NCBI GenBank assembly: GCA_964016885.1
Contig: OZ024745.1
Location: forward strand, 121,396,001 to 121,460,000
DNA length: 64,000 bases
Direction of reading: 5' to 3'
From: Eledone cirrhosa
Lineage: Eukaryota
In this document: piece by piece, positions 9,595 through 23,769 of the stretch
Layout: each line of letters begins with the position of its first letter
Position numbering within the stretch: the first letter of the stretch is position 1
Notes under the pieces: model-generated
The model's database searches: none
What the model saw: the letters and a program-made list of their open reading frames with translations, nothing else
What the model was told of the DNA's origin: nothing
Translations under genes and position numbers: made by a program

Positions 9595-12500
9595 ATGAAT
9601 ATATATGACGATGAGTGTGTGTGTGAAAGAGAGAAAAGAATTTGTGTACATGTATTTAGGAGAAGAATGCACGTCTGACTGCGCGTTTATACGTATGAAT
9701 GCATGCAATTGGATACGCGTTCAAATCATTATAATAATAAAAGTGAGACGTAATAAGTCGGATAACAAACAGCATCAACGATGACTCAGCATGATCGATA
9801 GAAAATTGCATAGTGAGAAGGGTGTGTGTGTGAGAGAGAGAGAAGTGTGTCTGCGTGTGTGTGTGTGTGTGTACGTGTGTGTGTGTGTGTGTACGTATGT
9901 GTGTGTGTGTGAAGACTCAGAATTTAATTTCAACTGACGTAAAAAGTTACCTGACTTTAGGGTTTGGTATTTAGTCTTTCCTTCTTTCTTGCTTTCTTTC
10001 TTCGTTATTTTCTTTTTTAATAATTAAACTACCATTAAAAAAGCGTGGAATTTTCTGACGCGATTTAACAAAAATAAAATTAAATAGAAAAAAAAATTAC
10101 GCACGCATGCACACACACCCACGCGCACACACGCACGCACACACACATATACGTACAGACTTGAAGTAATTTATCTTGTACAAGAACAGGGGAAGAAAAC
10201 TTTAAAGAAAGAACAGTGTTGCAGAGGAGGGAAGGGTGGTGGAGTAAGCGATACAAAAATGGTTACTATTGTAAACAGTAAAAGAAATGGAAGGGTGATT
10301 GAGTGGAAATATATGACGATCGATAAAAGCTGTTTAATTTTCATTACAAAATTCAGAAGATGGTGCCATTGAGTGGGGGGTGGGGGTAAAGTCGTCGTTT
10401 TAACCCTTTTCATAGCAAACCACCTGAAACCATCTTTGATTCTACGATAGGAAACTGTTTATGACATTCAAGGAAATTTAATCCTTTTAATTTTTTAGTG
10501 GAACTACGTCTTATCTCGCAATAGCAACATTTTCATATGCAATAAGGTTAAACTGACCAATGGTAAATCGCGTATGAATACATGGTCACTCTCTCTCACT
10601 GATGAAAAACCAGAGTACAAGTAGAGACAAGGAGATGACTACGGAAGTGTGAAGAATTATTACAGAATGACTCCTACTATATTCCTTTAGACAATAAAAA
10701 TTATATTTATAGAGGATTGAGCGTTAAAGAGATATTTAATTATATCCTGGAAGTCAGAAGCATGTGACTGTCTATATACAACTACCAACTCATCGACTAA
10801 CGTATTTCTCTTATATCGTTTGTAAAAAAACAAGATCCTTAGAAGATTTTAACTTGCAGTTATAAAAAGATATAGGAAACATTTAACTTCTCATCCTATC
10901 TATAAATTCCTAACAGCCTCTGCCATTATGTACCTTACCAATAGGGGAAATGTGAGCTAGAGACAATTGCTTAAACAACCAACTAGGATTAACTCAATCC
11001 TATTACTGCACTAGGGCTTGATGAACACAACCACAAGGATATGGTCCGAACGTGGAAGAGCCGAACTCCCACTGTCACTGCATCTGTCTCTCTCGCTCTC
11101 CCCATCTCTCCGTATGGTGAGCAAATGGGGTCCCACGTTCTGGCCTCCCCACAGACCCGGTGGAGGTAAAAACTATTTCTTTTAAAATATTCATATATAT
11201 CTGGAAACTTTCCATCATAATTTTATGTAAGAAAATTTGTTTTAAAATATCAACTTAATAACGAGAAAGTGAGTTATATTACTAAATATTTCCAAATTAT
11301 TTTCGAAATTATTTGAAAATCATAGGCACTGTCTTTCATTAGAAGTATGGTAATGAAAGGGTTAACTGTGGTACATGGTTGGTTTTATGGCTGTGACGCT
11401 GTTGGTATTGGTGGTTTTGTAGATGTTAATAATTGTTTCTACTTTTGGCACAAGGCCAGCAATCATCCCTGTGTATTACTGGTACTTTATTTTATCGACC
11501 TCAAAAGGATGAAAGGCAAAGTTAACCTCGGCGGGATTTGAACTCAGATCAAGGGCCGTAACTCTATGCTGCAAAGCATGGTGTCAGACCCTCTACCGAT
11601 ACTGCCAATCCACTAATAGTTGAGCTAAAGTGGAGGTACATTGTTTTAGTGGTTAAGGTGTTCGGCTCACAAAGTGAGTTCGTGAGCAACACACCTTATT
11701 TCATGTGTCCCCAGTATATTCACTAGGCAAAAAATAACTAGTAGTTGCAATTGAAAGAACCAACCTTGTCACACATAGTGTTACATGAGTCTCTCTGAAT
11801 CTCTGTAGAATGCTCAGTCACTTGCACGATAATTTCACGAGCAGGCTGTTCTGTTGATTTAACAATGGAGGCCCAATTCAGGGGAACTAGTAATGGTAGT
11901 TTTTGGAGATTATACTAGCTTTTATATAAAACCCGCGACTTCGTTTGCATCCAATGACGTAGACCAGTCCTACTTTTTGGGTAAATGCATTTGATGTTCA
12001 GAGAGTGGGATTGGCTCTGTGCTAAACCTTTCCTCACTTAAAAAAGCTTCAAGCACAGGCATTGCTTCATATGTGACATGTTTTGCGATGCATGGTATTG
12101 CTGGCCATAGGCAAGTCCCTAACAGAACTAAAAAGCCACGTCAGTGATGCTCAAGCTTAAGTATCAATCGATGGCATTACTTGAAATCGAGTTGCAGCCA
12201 TCATGGTATGGATGTTATTGTATGTGTGGATGTGGATGTTTTGAGTTGCATGTGTGCATGTGCATATGCTTTGTATCTGCACATGTGTACATGTAGTTAT
12301 TAGATGCAGAAGTTTTGGAATATTTTACATATTTTTACTGTTTTACATATGTTTACTGTACTTGTAATTTCCTAACTAGTTGTGTTCTTTCTGTTTCTGT
12401 GAAGCTATCTAGGTATGTATGGCCAACGGTAACAACATGAACCAGCCAATAAATAGTTGTTAAGTGCTTTGGTTCGCTCGTTCTGCCTCAGGTGTATGTG

Positions 12501-12666
12501 GCCTCGTGGTCCCAGTGAACAGAAATGAAAAAGCATTACACGATAGTGGACAGTAATGGCAGTCATAACAAAAGTAGAAAAGTGGTGACCCTCGATAGCG
12601 ACTGCAGTTTTCCAATACAACTACCAGATACGTCACTTGTCACAGAGAACCGAAAACACATTCCAA

Positions 12667-13513
12667 TGCAGCAGGTGTTGCTGGCTATTCTCCGTGGCAA
12701 TACCGTTGTTATTTTATCCGCGTGACGCAGCTGAAATACCGCTTAGACTGGGGTGAAGAATCTGTCGCTCCCCCAACTCCCATTATTATGTTGCTTCATT
12801 TTTGGGGATAGCTAGGGAGGTCCTTCTAGCCGTGTATATTGTACAAAAACAAACATAAAAAAATGTTTAGACTCGAAACCCGACCCCCGAGCTCCTTTCA
12901 CCAACATCTTACCGCCCATGTACGTCGCTTGTCACAGAGAACCGAAAACACATTCCAATCGATATTTACCTCATTCTGATGGCTATAACAAATAACGCCA
13001 TCATAGCGACTGCAGTTTTCCATTACAAAAGCCGGATACACTCAAACCGGATATAAACTAAAGGAAGAAATAAACTTGTTAGTTTCACACATTCCTCCAC
13101 CTTACACTATCCCTGTCTGATTAATCGATTATGGTTACCTTTTCTCTTTCTTTTACTCTTTGATTGATTGATTGATTTATCGTTGGTTCTGTGATAATGA
13201 TTTCTATAATAGGCACAGGGCCAGCAATTTTTGGGAAGGGGAAAATCGATTAAATCGACTCCAGTGTATTTCTGGTGCTTTATTTTATCGATCTCGTAAG
13301 GATGAAAGGCAAAGCTAACCTTGGCGAGATTTGAACTCAGAACTTAAAGGGCCGTAACTCTATGCTGCGAAGTATCTTGTCCAACGCTCTACTGATACTG
13401 CCAATCCACAGCGATAGCAAAGGAGATGTGTTCTGTGATAATGCTGAGATTTATAACTTTAGATCTGCTGCTGCCGATCATATAAACATCTTTGGAAAAC
13501 AAGAAATTATTTT
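12667..13513. repeat. Right arm of the inverted duplication (partner 1-917); may extend further right
   Basis: Reverse-complement match to 1-917 read by eye. Confidence 0.95.
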
Positions 13514-14343
13514 CCATGATTCAAAATAACATCTGCTTGTTTCTGTCGTCGTTCAGGGTTTAAAGGAAATTTAAAAACTACAGAAATGTGTGAGGCAGCT
13601 GCCATGATACCCAGTGTTTGATATCCTGGTAATGGTAGGTAGTAGTGGTGTTAACAAATATGAGAAAGTGATGGTTTGTGACAGAAATTCACTAAGAAAT
13701 TATATTTACAAAGAAATAATTGAAATAAGTTACCTTATTTCGTAATATGACCTTTCAATAGTTGTAGTGGTGGGCAGGGTATTGGTGTGTGTTAATAAAA
13801 GATGGGAGTGGTGATGGTGGTGGTGGTGGTGTTGATAGTGGTGGTGATGGTGATTGTGGTAGTGGTGGTGGTGGGTTGTTTGGAAAGGGGTGGGTACCCG
13901 CCTGTCTTTTGAATTTATGAGACATTAAATAAGATGACGTTACATAATATCTTCTTTTTATTTTATAAATTTCATGGTTGGCAGACGATATTGGAACTGG
14001 AGGAGGGTTGAGGATGAGTGAGCGAGAGAGTAGAAGAAAGGGTAGGGGCGAGGGAGTGGGTGAGTGAGAATGAATGAGAGGGTAGTGAGTCGGGCTGGTA
14101 GAGAGAACGGATGAGTACGTGAGAGTGGGGTAAGGGAGGCGGTGGGGGGAGGGAAAGTGAGAGAGAGAGTAAATATCTAGTTTAGAGCCTCGGAAAGTAT
14201 TTCATTATATATTTAACATAGTTTGGTGCAATTTCTGATTGATATTGATACAGAAATAGCCATACATGGTATGCCGAATCGATATATTGGGTAAGGGGTA
14301 TCAACTTCTCTCTTTCTCTCCCTCAATCTCCCTTTCCTTCAAA

Positions 14344-14894
14344 TCTATATATATAAAACTGAGGATGTCTGTGTGTGTGTGTGAGTTTGAATCCCTAAAA
14401 CTAGAGAAGCACCCAACCGACTGTTTTCAAACTTTACACATGTAATACTTGTTTCAATGCCCTAGGGACCGCATTAGGCGATTTAGCGATCTCTCCCTAT
14501 AATTCTTAGTCTTTCTCTTTTTAGATAGATACATACATATAACGTCGCGCCCTTATAATATCTGTCTGTATGTCTGGCTGTCTGCATTACGTCACTTCCT
14601 ACAATTCGCTCTGCGTCCAGAACGCACCCTTATAATATCTGTATGTATGTCTGGTTGTCTGCTGCCTCCGGTTATTCTGCCACCCTTGCTCAAGACAAAT
14701 CTCACACTCATTCCCCAAACAGTTGGTAAGTGCACACAACTTCTTCCTCACGTTTTAAGCCACAGAGTTGCTTACTTACGTACCACCAGACCTTTACTTC
14801 TTTGCCAGCCGTGGTTGTGGCAATACTAAGCTTAGCTAAGGCGGTTATATATTTCACAATACCTTATCCCGTGCAACGCCGGGTACCACTGCTA

Positions 14895-14895
<1 letters not shown>
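14344..14895 (+). mobile_element. Non-autonomous Helitron
   Basis: 5' a|TCTATATATATAAAA plus a (GT)n tract. 3' hairpin cccgtgcaacgccggg, then CTAG|t. Inserted between A and T with no target duplication. Confidence 0.8.
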
Positions 14896-14981
<86 letters not shown>

Positions 14982-15550
14982 AGGAGAGAGAGAGAAAGTA
15001 GTGGTCTGTAGACCTCTGCAGCCTGAAGGTAGCGGTGAATCTTTACATAGCTTGTTGCTAGCGTAATGCTCCAATCTCTCTGTTTGTAAGACGTGGGATG
15101 ATACAGGCTTTATATAGCTGTCGCTTTCTGTCTTCCAACTCGAGGGGATAGCCCACGCATGAACCTGTTCACACCAAAAGGGTGGTGACCTAGAGTTTGA
15201 CCTTTAGATGTCACCCAAGGTTCAAGGCGTGGACAGATTTCGCTACATCAGTTCCCTACCCAGATCGATGCAGGAGCAGCGATCGATTATAAAAGGGGTA
15301 GCGAAATCTGATTCCAGAAGGATGTCCCAAAACACACAAAATATGGGTACTGCGCCCGCATTTCGAGTGCAGAGAAATTTGGAGAGAAAAAAAAAATCGC
15401 ATAACTGTGTATGCATGTATGTGTGTAACATTTAGAAGAAACTGTAAATATACAAAGTTGTGATCATGTATTTCGAACTGTTGTGTATGGATGGCTGAAC
15501 GTTGGGGTTACGGTATCGGATTACGATATGATAACACAGAGGACTATATA

Positions 15551-15886
15551 TCTCGATGTATTATCATACGTGAGACTCTCTTCCAGTGAGTCGAGGTTTA
15601 CGCTATGACATGAGTGTGTGCAATTTTGAGTTGCGTGCTTGAGTGAGTCCAAGCGAGTAGTAACCGTGGGTTGTTTATCATGTGTTTAATAGCTGTTGTC
15701 GAACCTCGACCAGTTGAATCTCGATGTATTATCACACGTAAGATGCTTTTCCAGTGAGTCGAAGTTTATGCTATGACATGAGTGTGTGCAATTTTGAGTT
15801 GCGTGCCTGAGTGAGTCCAGGCTAGTAGTACCCGTGGGTTGATTCTCATGTGTTTAATAGCTGTTGCCGAACCTCGACCAGTTGAA
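15551..15886. repeat. Tandem duplication of about 168 bp
   Basis: tctcgatgtattatca...cctcgaccagttgaa occurs twice with scattered substitutions. Confidence 0.9.
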
Positions 15887-17123
15887 AAGTAATCTTGCAG
15901 CGACCCAACCGAATCCAGAATATACCATAGACAAGATTGCGTATTCCGCCGAGAAAGGGGAAAAAAAGAATGAAATCACTCCCTATCATCTTAAACATGA
16001 AATGACACATTGGTGTATCCTAGATACTCAATGCCTGGTGGGGGTGGATGGAAGGTCACGGCAGGAGCACCTCAGATCCTATGTTTGTTCATCTATAGTT
16101 GATTTGGTGCTAAACAACAGCAACCATCACCATGGTAACAATCACAAGGGTATGTGTATTGGACCACTGCTGCTTCCAACGAAGAGTTCTCTAGCTGATT
16201 CTTGAAATTAACAAGCAAGTGGCTGAGCATTCCACAGATAGAGTAACACAGTCGTCGATGAGATTGAGTATAAATTCTAACCTTGATGAGGCACAACTCA
16301 TTTATTCCAGTTGAGTCAAAAATCATGGATGTTATCCAACCACTCCAAGCAATATGGACATGCGGTTAGAATGTCTCAGAAAAGAATTGCTTGACAGATT
16401 TTACGAGCAAAACCAACCAGCAGGAGACCCAGGGTAAACCCCAAGCAAGATGGTTAGATAATATCTATGAGCTTCACTGGTCACGCTTGGGGATCCAGCA
16501 GGATCAGTTGGAGACCGTTGCTTCTGACAGGACCCGCTGGATGGAGTGTTTGAGGACTCTTCCCCCACGACCCCCTATGGAATAAGTGGGCGAAGAAGAA
16601 GAAGAAGAAGAAGAAGAAGAAGAAGAAGAAGAAGAAAAAGAGTCGAAAATCGAACTTATAATCGTGAGCCGAACACCCTAACCACTACGCCACCTTCACC
16701 ACTAACAGTATGTATAATTAAACACTACTACGCAGAAGATTAATCCACTTAGCAATCATTTTATTTCAATCCTTTTATTTTTTACACTTTCGTGTGAAAT
16801 GTGAAATGAATGTTGCATGAATTAATTTATTAATCCTCTTTAGTTTTAATTTACATCGACATTTCCAGTTTCTCGCCATCTTCGTGTGTATTGGAATAAC
16901 ACATTGACAGAATTAAAGGCAACCATTGGAAATTCTAAAATCATTGTATCCCTCTTTGATTATTTCTCATTTCAAATTATAATAACAAATAAAAAATCAC
17001 GAAGACCTTAAGATGTTAGTCACTATGACCTTAGAGAGATTGACTATTTCCTATTCCGTCATAAGAACTATCTCACTATACCAAAATTTAGGGAGATAAA
17101 CTATTCCATTATTCCAAATGTGA

Positions 17124-17455
17124 AGGCGTGTGGCTTAGTGATTAGAGTATTGAACTCACAATCGTAAGGTTGTGAGTTCGAATTCCTGACTAAGCAGTAC
17201 ATTGTGTCCTTGAGTATAACACTTTATTTCACGTTGGTCCAGATCACTCAGCTGTAGAAATGAGTTGCGACGTCACTGGTGCCAATTTGTATCAGCCATT
17301 GCTTTTCCCTTGGATATCATCGGTGACATGGCGAGGGGAGACGGGCATGCATGGGCGACTGCTGGTCTTCCACAAATACACCTTACTCAGGCTTGTGCCT
17401 CGGAGGGAAACTTTTCAGTTACAAAACCATGGTCATTCGTGACCAAAGGGGACCT
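17124..17455 (+). mobile_element. tRNA-derived SINE, family 2 (CORE-like)
   Basis: ggcgtgtggcttagtg (A box), gagttcgaattcc (B box), then gtgtccttgagtataacacttt (CORE-like). Related copies at 49997-50313(-), 42720-42822(-), 11640-11870(+), 2478-2840(+), 19762-20095(+). Confidence 0.8.
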
Positions 17456-18004
17456 ACGATTCCAAAGGTGAAGGTGTGCGATAGTGATGGGACATGACAA
17501 GTCGCCTTACAGTTCTATTTCTCTGCCTTCTGAGATTAAATCTCGCCAGGGTCAATAAAAGCATTCTCTCAACTAATAAAAAGCAGAGTGTATGATACTG
17601 ATGTGCAAAGTGCGATGTTGCATGGTAATGAAATGTGAGTATTGAAAACAGAGGTGTGTGAAAGCTAAAAAGAAATGAATCGAGAATGTTCAGCTCGATG
17701 TTTAGAGGCCCAAATTAAATGTTGAGCAAATTATGTTATGATTAGGACTGAAGGGCGACGTCTGTGATGCTTATCTTTGGGTGTCAAACGATGGCATTGC
17801 TCGAAGTCCAGTTACAGCCATCATGTATGTATGTGGTGTCCGAACGAGTATCCTCCACCTCCAAATGCCAAATGTGCCCTACATTTGTAATAAAGTTTTC
17901 ATTCTTTAAAACCAAAAAATACTTTCAATTTTAATTGATTAAAAATTACTTTCAGTTCACCACAGAATGTATGGTAACCTGTATATAACTAAATTGTAAT
18001 TCTT

Positions 18005-18195
18005 GCCTCTAACTACGACTCCTGTAGTTTGTAAGTTTGGAGTCTTCTCTCTAACTACGCCTTCTGTGGTTTCTAAATCTTACGTCTAACTAAAGGTTCT
18101 ATGTTTTCTAAGTCTTACAGCTTGTCTCTAACTACGACTTCTGTGGTTTCTAAGTTTGGGGTCTTGCTTCTAGCTACGACTTCTGTGGTTTCTTC
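18005..18195. repeat. Degenerate minisatellite, about 40-bp unit
   Basis: Units of ctctaactacgacttctgtggtttctaag. Confidence 0.7.
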
Positions 18196-18527
18196 AACAT
18201 TTACCATTCATTTCTCTTGTTCTGCTGTTTGGAAATTCTACTCCCACTTTATTTATTTATTAAACAAGAAGAAAGCCCATGTGGCGTCCATTAACACAGC
18301 TGTCTATAATCAATGCTAAGCTGCAATTCGTTCCACTAATTATTGCTAATCTTCTGTGTAATCTTGTATCGCAACTTAGAAACTGACTTTTAATAATCTA
18401 CACTTTATATAATTTGATATTACGTCTGATATCAACATTAACGTGTCGAGTCGAAGAGGTAGCCTCTACGTGGTCGTTCAACCTACCAGAAATAACAGCC
18501 AAATCTGCTTTAAATCACACCCTGAAA

Positions 18528-18938
18528 TAATGGTTTCTGATCTAGGCACAAGGCCAACAATTTTAGGGCAGAGAAAAGTCGATCAAATCGACCCCAGTGC
18601 ATGACTGGTGCTTTGTTTTATCGATCTCGTAAGGATGAAAGGCAAAGCTAACCTCGGCGGGTTTTGAGCTCAGAACGTAAAGGGCCGTAACTCTATGTCG
18701 CGAAGCATAATGTCCGACACTCTAACGATACTGCCAAACCACCGCCCTAACTACACCCTACTTTTGGCACAAGGCCAGCAATTACCCCAGTGCATTACTG
18801 GTACTTTATTTTATCGACCCCGTAAGGATGAAAGGCAAAGTTAACCTCGGCGGGATTTGAACTCAGAATGGCAAAGGCCGTAACTCTATGCATCAAAGCC
18901 TGGTGTCCTACCCTCTACAGATACGGCCAATCCACCGC
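18528..18938 (-). mobile_element. Two tandem SINE family 1 copies
   Basis: Two successive ggcacaaggcc...ccaccgcc units. Confidence 0.85.
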
Positions 18939-19354
18939 CTATTGCCCATCCAACAATAATAAAATAAGAAACGGAGACATATGTTCAAGATATATGTTGA
19001 GCACATTAGATCACAGAAAGGTGCGCAGACACCGTTAAGACGACATGTACCAAAGGCAATGTGTGGATAACACCAGCATATCAATGATCAAGTACTTAAG
19101 TAGTGGTCCTCAAGTGGTTAATTTTCCTTATTACACCTGTGTCGGAGACAGATGCAATAGTTTTTTATTTTTTATTATTCTATCGATAGTTAGTTAATGA
19201 TTTAATTAGAATTGTAAAGGTGAAATTTATGTTTTTCCTATCATTTTTGGTGTTTTGTACGAATACGATGTTCTAAATCACCGTAAATTACTCGTTTTCT
19301 GTGGTTCCCCCACCCGAGAACTCCATAACACCCATTTTGATAAATTCAGAATCA

Positions 19355-19520
19355 TCTACTGGGAAATTCCGTTATAACGAAATTCACGAGGTATTAAAAA
19401 AATTCGTTGTAACGAAAAATCATTTACAACGAGATCGACCTAACACATCGAGCGTGTGGCCAGGAATTGAAAAAAATTCGTTATACTGAAAAATTCGCTA
19501 TAACGGAATTTTACCTGTAT
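19355..19520. mobile_element. Tigger/pogo-like MITE end
   Basis: Repeated aaattcgttataacg motifs ending in ttttacctg|ta. Confidence 0.55.
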
Positions 19521-20579
19521 ATTTAAAATATCAACATTTCAGAGTGTAAATAAACTCACGGAAAGCTGTGATTGAGTTGCTGTTTTGATTCTCGGTTGAG
19601 GCATTTCACTTAAATCCCTTCTTAAACCTTCATGTTAGGTGAAATGATTAATATCTCTCACTAGCGTCTGTCTCTCAGTTTTGGAAGGATGTCACAACAC
19701 TTAGTTTTCTTCAAAGTAACAGTATTTCATTCCATACTAAGAGTACATCTCACACATGGACGTAGTATGGTCTAATGATTAAGAAGTTTGCTTTACTACC
19801 ATTAGGTCTCAGGTTCCATCCAACTTGGACAAGCGTCATTTATCATAGCCTCGGGTCGATATATACTTTCTGGGTGGAATTGGATAAATGAACACATTTT
19901 GAAAGCTCATCGAATGAACTGTATCTGTAATTCAAAGAACCAGCTTTGTCATACACTGTGTCATTCTGGATCTCCCTGAGAATTACGTTAAGGTTATACA
20001 TATATGTTTAGCCACTTACATGTTAAATTCATGAGAAGGTTGTTCAGTTTATCAAACAACTGGAGCACTCGTCGTCGAAACCAACGGAAGTCCATTCCAT
20101 TCCATATATCACATTTAGAATTGGATTGTTTATATTATTAATATTTATTTAACCCTTTAACATTTACATTACTCTATATATACTATTGTATTTTCAGGGT
20201 AAAGGCTTTACCTCACATAATTATCTTACATAATATCAAATCTATGAGATTTTGATATTATTTATTTTGAGAACAATACCTTAACATAAGTATGAGCAGC
20301 CAGTTATGGCTGGTTTGAACAGAAAAAGGTGAGAGAATTCTGGTCAAATATGGCTGCTTTAAATGCTAAAGGTTTAAAGGGTGATGGATTGGCTGAATTG
20401 AAAGAGCATCAGATAAAAAAATACCATAGTGTTATGAGTTCAAATCCCACTATGGTTAACTTTGCCTTTCATTCTTTCCAAGGTCGATAAAATAAAGTAC
20501 CAATTGAGTACTGAGTTGATTTAATCAATTTTGCCATTCCCCAACATTCGCTGGCTTTGTACCTAATTTAGAAATCAAT

Positions 20580-21657
20580 ATGTTCTTTAGGTGTCAGCTT
20601 CATGCTGTCCTGGTGTTTCTATACAAATACCCGAGTAATTGTGTTCGGGTAAATGGAGCTAAATCAAAACCTTTCAATGTGGGAGTCAGACTCTGCCAAG
20701 GGTACATACTGTCACCTCTCCTGTTCATGATTTTCATGAACAGAATTGACATGCACAGCCGAATTGGAAGTGGTATTATGACTGGCAGGTGTAAAATAAG
20801 TCAGCTGGAATTTGCAGATGACATGGTGTTACTTAACTTAACAGAAAATTATCTCTGACTTGCACTTGATAGGTTTGATGCAGAGTGCTGCATGGCTAGA
20901 ATGAAAATCAGTGCTGCAAAGACTGAAACACTCATCCTCTCAAGGAAGCCTGCACAGTGCACTCTACAAGTAAATGGAGCTCCACTGACGCAGGTGGAGA
21001 AATTCAAGTATCTTGGTGCTGTGTTCATGAATGGTGAAAGGAAGGAGGCTGAATTAAGTGCAAGAATTGTGGGAGCTGGTGCAGTAATGCGCCAGCTGCA
21101 GCATTCAGTAATCAGAAGAAGGCAGGTAGGCGTAAAAGCCAAACTAGCTATCTTCAATTCGCTATTCATACCAACCTTTACCTGTGGTCATGAATCTTGC
21201 ATAATGACTGAAAGAATATGACCGTGAATACAAGCAGCTGAAAAGGGGTTCCTCTGAAGGGTTTTGGAGTAACATTACTCGATAGAGTGTGTAGCTCAAA
21301 GATCAGAGAGTCGCTCCCTGTAGAACCACTACTACTCCGAATTGAAAGATCACAACTCCGATACAATGGACATGTGGCTAGAATGTCTCGGGAAAGAATT
21401 GCTGGACAGATTTTACAGACGAAACTAACTGGCGGGAGACCCAGGAGTAGACCCTGAGAAAGATGGTTGGATAACATCCATTAGCTTGGTTGGTCTCATT
21501 TGGGGATCTAGCCGGATAAGTTGGAGATGGTTGTTTCTGACAGGGCCCGCTGGAAGGAGTGTTTGAGGACTCTGCCCCCACAAACCTCTCAGGAATAAGT
21601 GGGAGGAGAAGAAGCAGAAGAAGAAGAAGAAGAAGAAGAAGAAGAAGAAGAAGAAGA
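20580..21657 (+). mobile_element. RTE-clade LINE 3' part (decayed RT) with (GAA)n tail
   Basis: CQGYILSPLLF...FADDMVL...KISAAKTE...VEKFKYLG with stops and frameshifts. 3' fragments of the same family at 16357-16636, 24785-24985, 27331-27641 and 22420-22520(-). Confidence 0.88.
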
Positions 21658-21724
21658 ATATATTCTTCTTCATTGGTTTTTATAAAGAAATCATATTATT
21701 TTGTTATTTATTTATTTATTAAAG

Positions 21725-21940
21725 TGGTGGATTGGCAGAATCTGTAAAGTGTTGGGTAACTAGCTTTGTGGCATAGAGTCACAGCCCTTTACATTTTGAG
21801 TTCAAATCCTGCTGAGATAAGCTTTACCTTTCATCCTTACAGGGTTGATAAAATAAAGTACCAGTGACCCAATGGGGTGGATTTAATCAACTTTCCATTC
21901 CCCACAAATTGTTGGCCATGTGTCCTAAATCAGAAACCAT
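21725..21940 (+). mobile_element. SINE family 1, directly upstream of the TM2 exon
   Basis: Diverged full copy. Another + copy lies at 22181-22372. Confidence 0.8.
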
Positions 21941-21977
21941 AATTTATTTATTAACATACATTTTCTTTTTTTTTCAG

Positions 21978-22112
21978 GTTTATTTTTGGTGGCCTTCTAT
22001 AGTTTAGCAGTGCTAATATGTGTTCCTGTCTGCTATGTCCAGTTAAAACTTGGGTCACTTTTTCGATCTGGAACTGTTGGCATTATCGGATCAGTTATGC
22101 CCCTTTTTAAAG
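21978..22112 (+). CDS. SLC6/NSS-family transporter-like gene, internal exon (TM2), phase 1-1, 135 nt
   Basis: Acceptor ttttttttcag, donor G|gtaaga. Translates (G)LFLVAFYSLAVLICVPVCYVQLKLGSLFRSGTVGIIGSVMPLFKG, which aligns with the SLC6 pattern GAFLIPY...GIPLFYMELALGQ...G......PLFKG. Confidence 0.92.
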
Positions 22113-22947
22113 GTAAGACTTCCTCGTCACTATTTTCTTTGTTTCTTTCTTTGTTTTTCTTCTTATTATTATTCTACTTAAGGTCGGTGAATTGGCAGTA
22201 TCAGTAGAGAGTCGGACACCATGCTTTCCAGCATAGAGTTACGCCCTTTTATGGTCTGAGTTCAAATCCTTCCGAGGTTAACTTTGCCTTTCATCCTTAC
22301 GGGGTCAATAAAATAAAGTACCAGTAATGCACTGGGGTAATTGCTGGCCTTGTGCCAAAAGTAGAAACAATTATTATTCTACTTGTTCTTGAGAGGATCA
22401 CAGGGGTGCAGTCATCAGACATGCCTACCAAAGGGTCATATCAGAAGCAACCATCTCCAAATGATCCAGTTAGATTCCTAAGCATGACTAACCAAGCTCA
22501 TGGGTGTTATCCAACCATCTTGCTTGTGAATCAAACTTGCAACCTCACGATTGTGAGTCTAATTCTCTATCTACTTAGCCACGCAGGGTAGAAATGTAGT
22601 GCTTACAGTATTTTGAATCACCCAGCACTGGCTGATGAAACTGAGGGATGGGGAGCTGATACCAAACCTGGACATCTGTATATAAATACAGGAGGAACTA
22701 TTAACAGAGAGGGAACTAAAGATCTGCTCCATGATGCTTGTAACAAAGTGAAGTTCAATAAAACTACACAATAACCAGATGGTGGGGTGGGGACAGAGGT
22801 ACGGATGTAATTAGGAAGGGTGATAGGTCTGAATGTCAATTAGAGATTCTACAAGATTATTATTTGATAACATTTTAAAAACACGTTTATATTTGTTTAA
22901 TTAAATGTATGCTGCACATACTTTACACACACACACACACCATCATC

Positions 22948-22979
<32 letters not shown>

Positions 22980-23281
22980 CTTTACATCTTTTGTGCTGAT
23001 TTCAGCAAAGTAGAGCAGTATCTCCATGATCTTCATTTTTCCTTTGTTTAACCCTTTAGCATTTAAACCGACCGTATCTGGCCAGAATTCTCTTACCTCT
23101 TTCTGTTCAAACCAGCCCTTCTCCTTTCTTTCCCCAAAAACTTCCTCAAGTTATTGACGCACTGGAATTAGACATATTGTCTTTAATGCATTGAAATGTC
23201 CGTGATCTCCAGCAGATCTCCAGTAGAAGGGATTGTCCCCCATTTGTGCTTTCCTTTTATTTTTATATATATATATATAAT

Positions 23282-23354
<73 letters not shown>

Positions 23355-23687
23355 TGGTGCCCTGATAAAATGCATCTAGTACACTCTGTAGAATAAGAGA
23401 ATGTCTATAGATGAGATATAGGTCAGTGGATCTAAGTACTGGCTTGGTCTGTGACAACCCATTCAACCCTTTGCTAGCAGGGAAGTCAACATTAAATGAT
23501 GATGATGATATATTTAAAAATCACTAAATATATCATAACAGGATTTAAATCATTGAAATAGAATTTTAGAATTTTATCAAGCTTATTATGCTTTCCTTTT
23601 ATTTTTACAATCTATCAAAACTAAAAAAAAAAAGACTTTTCTTTCAATTTATCTCTCAGTACCATTTTGGTGAACTGTTCAGCTATT

Positions 23688-23769
<82 letters not shown>

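Noticed and set aside
17124-17200. tRNA genes at SINE heads (also 9318-9370 and 11640-11690)
   Set aside because: A/B boxes are present, but there is no complete cloverleaf and the same heads recur as parts of SINE copies.
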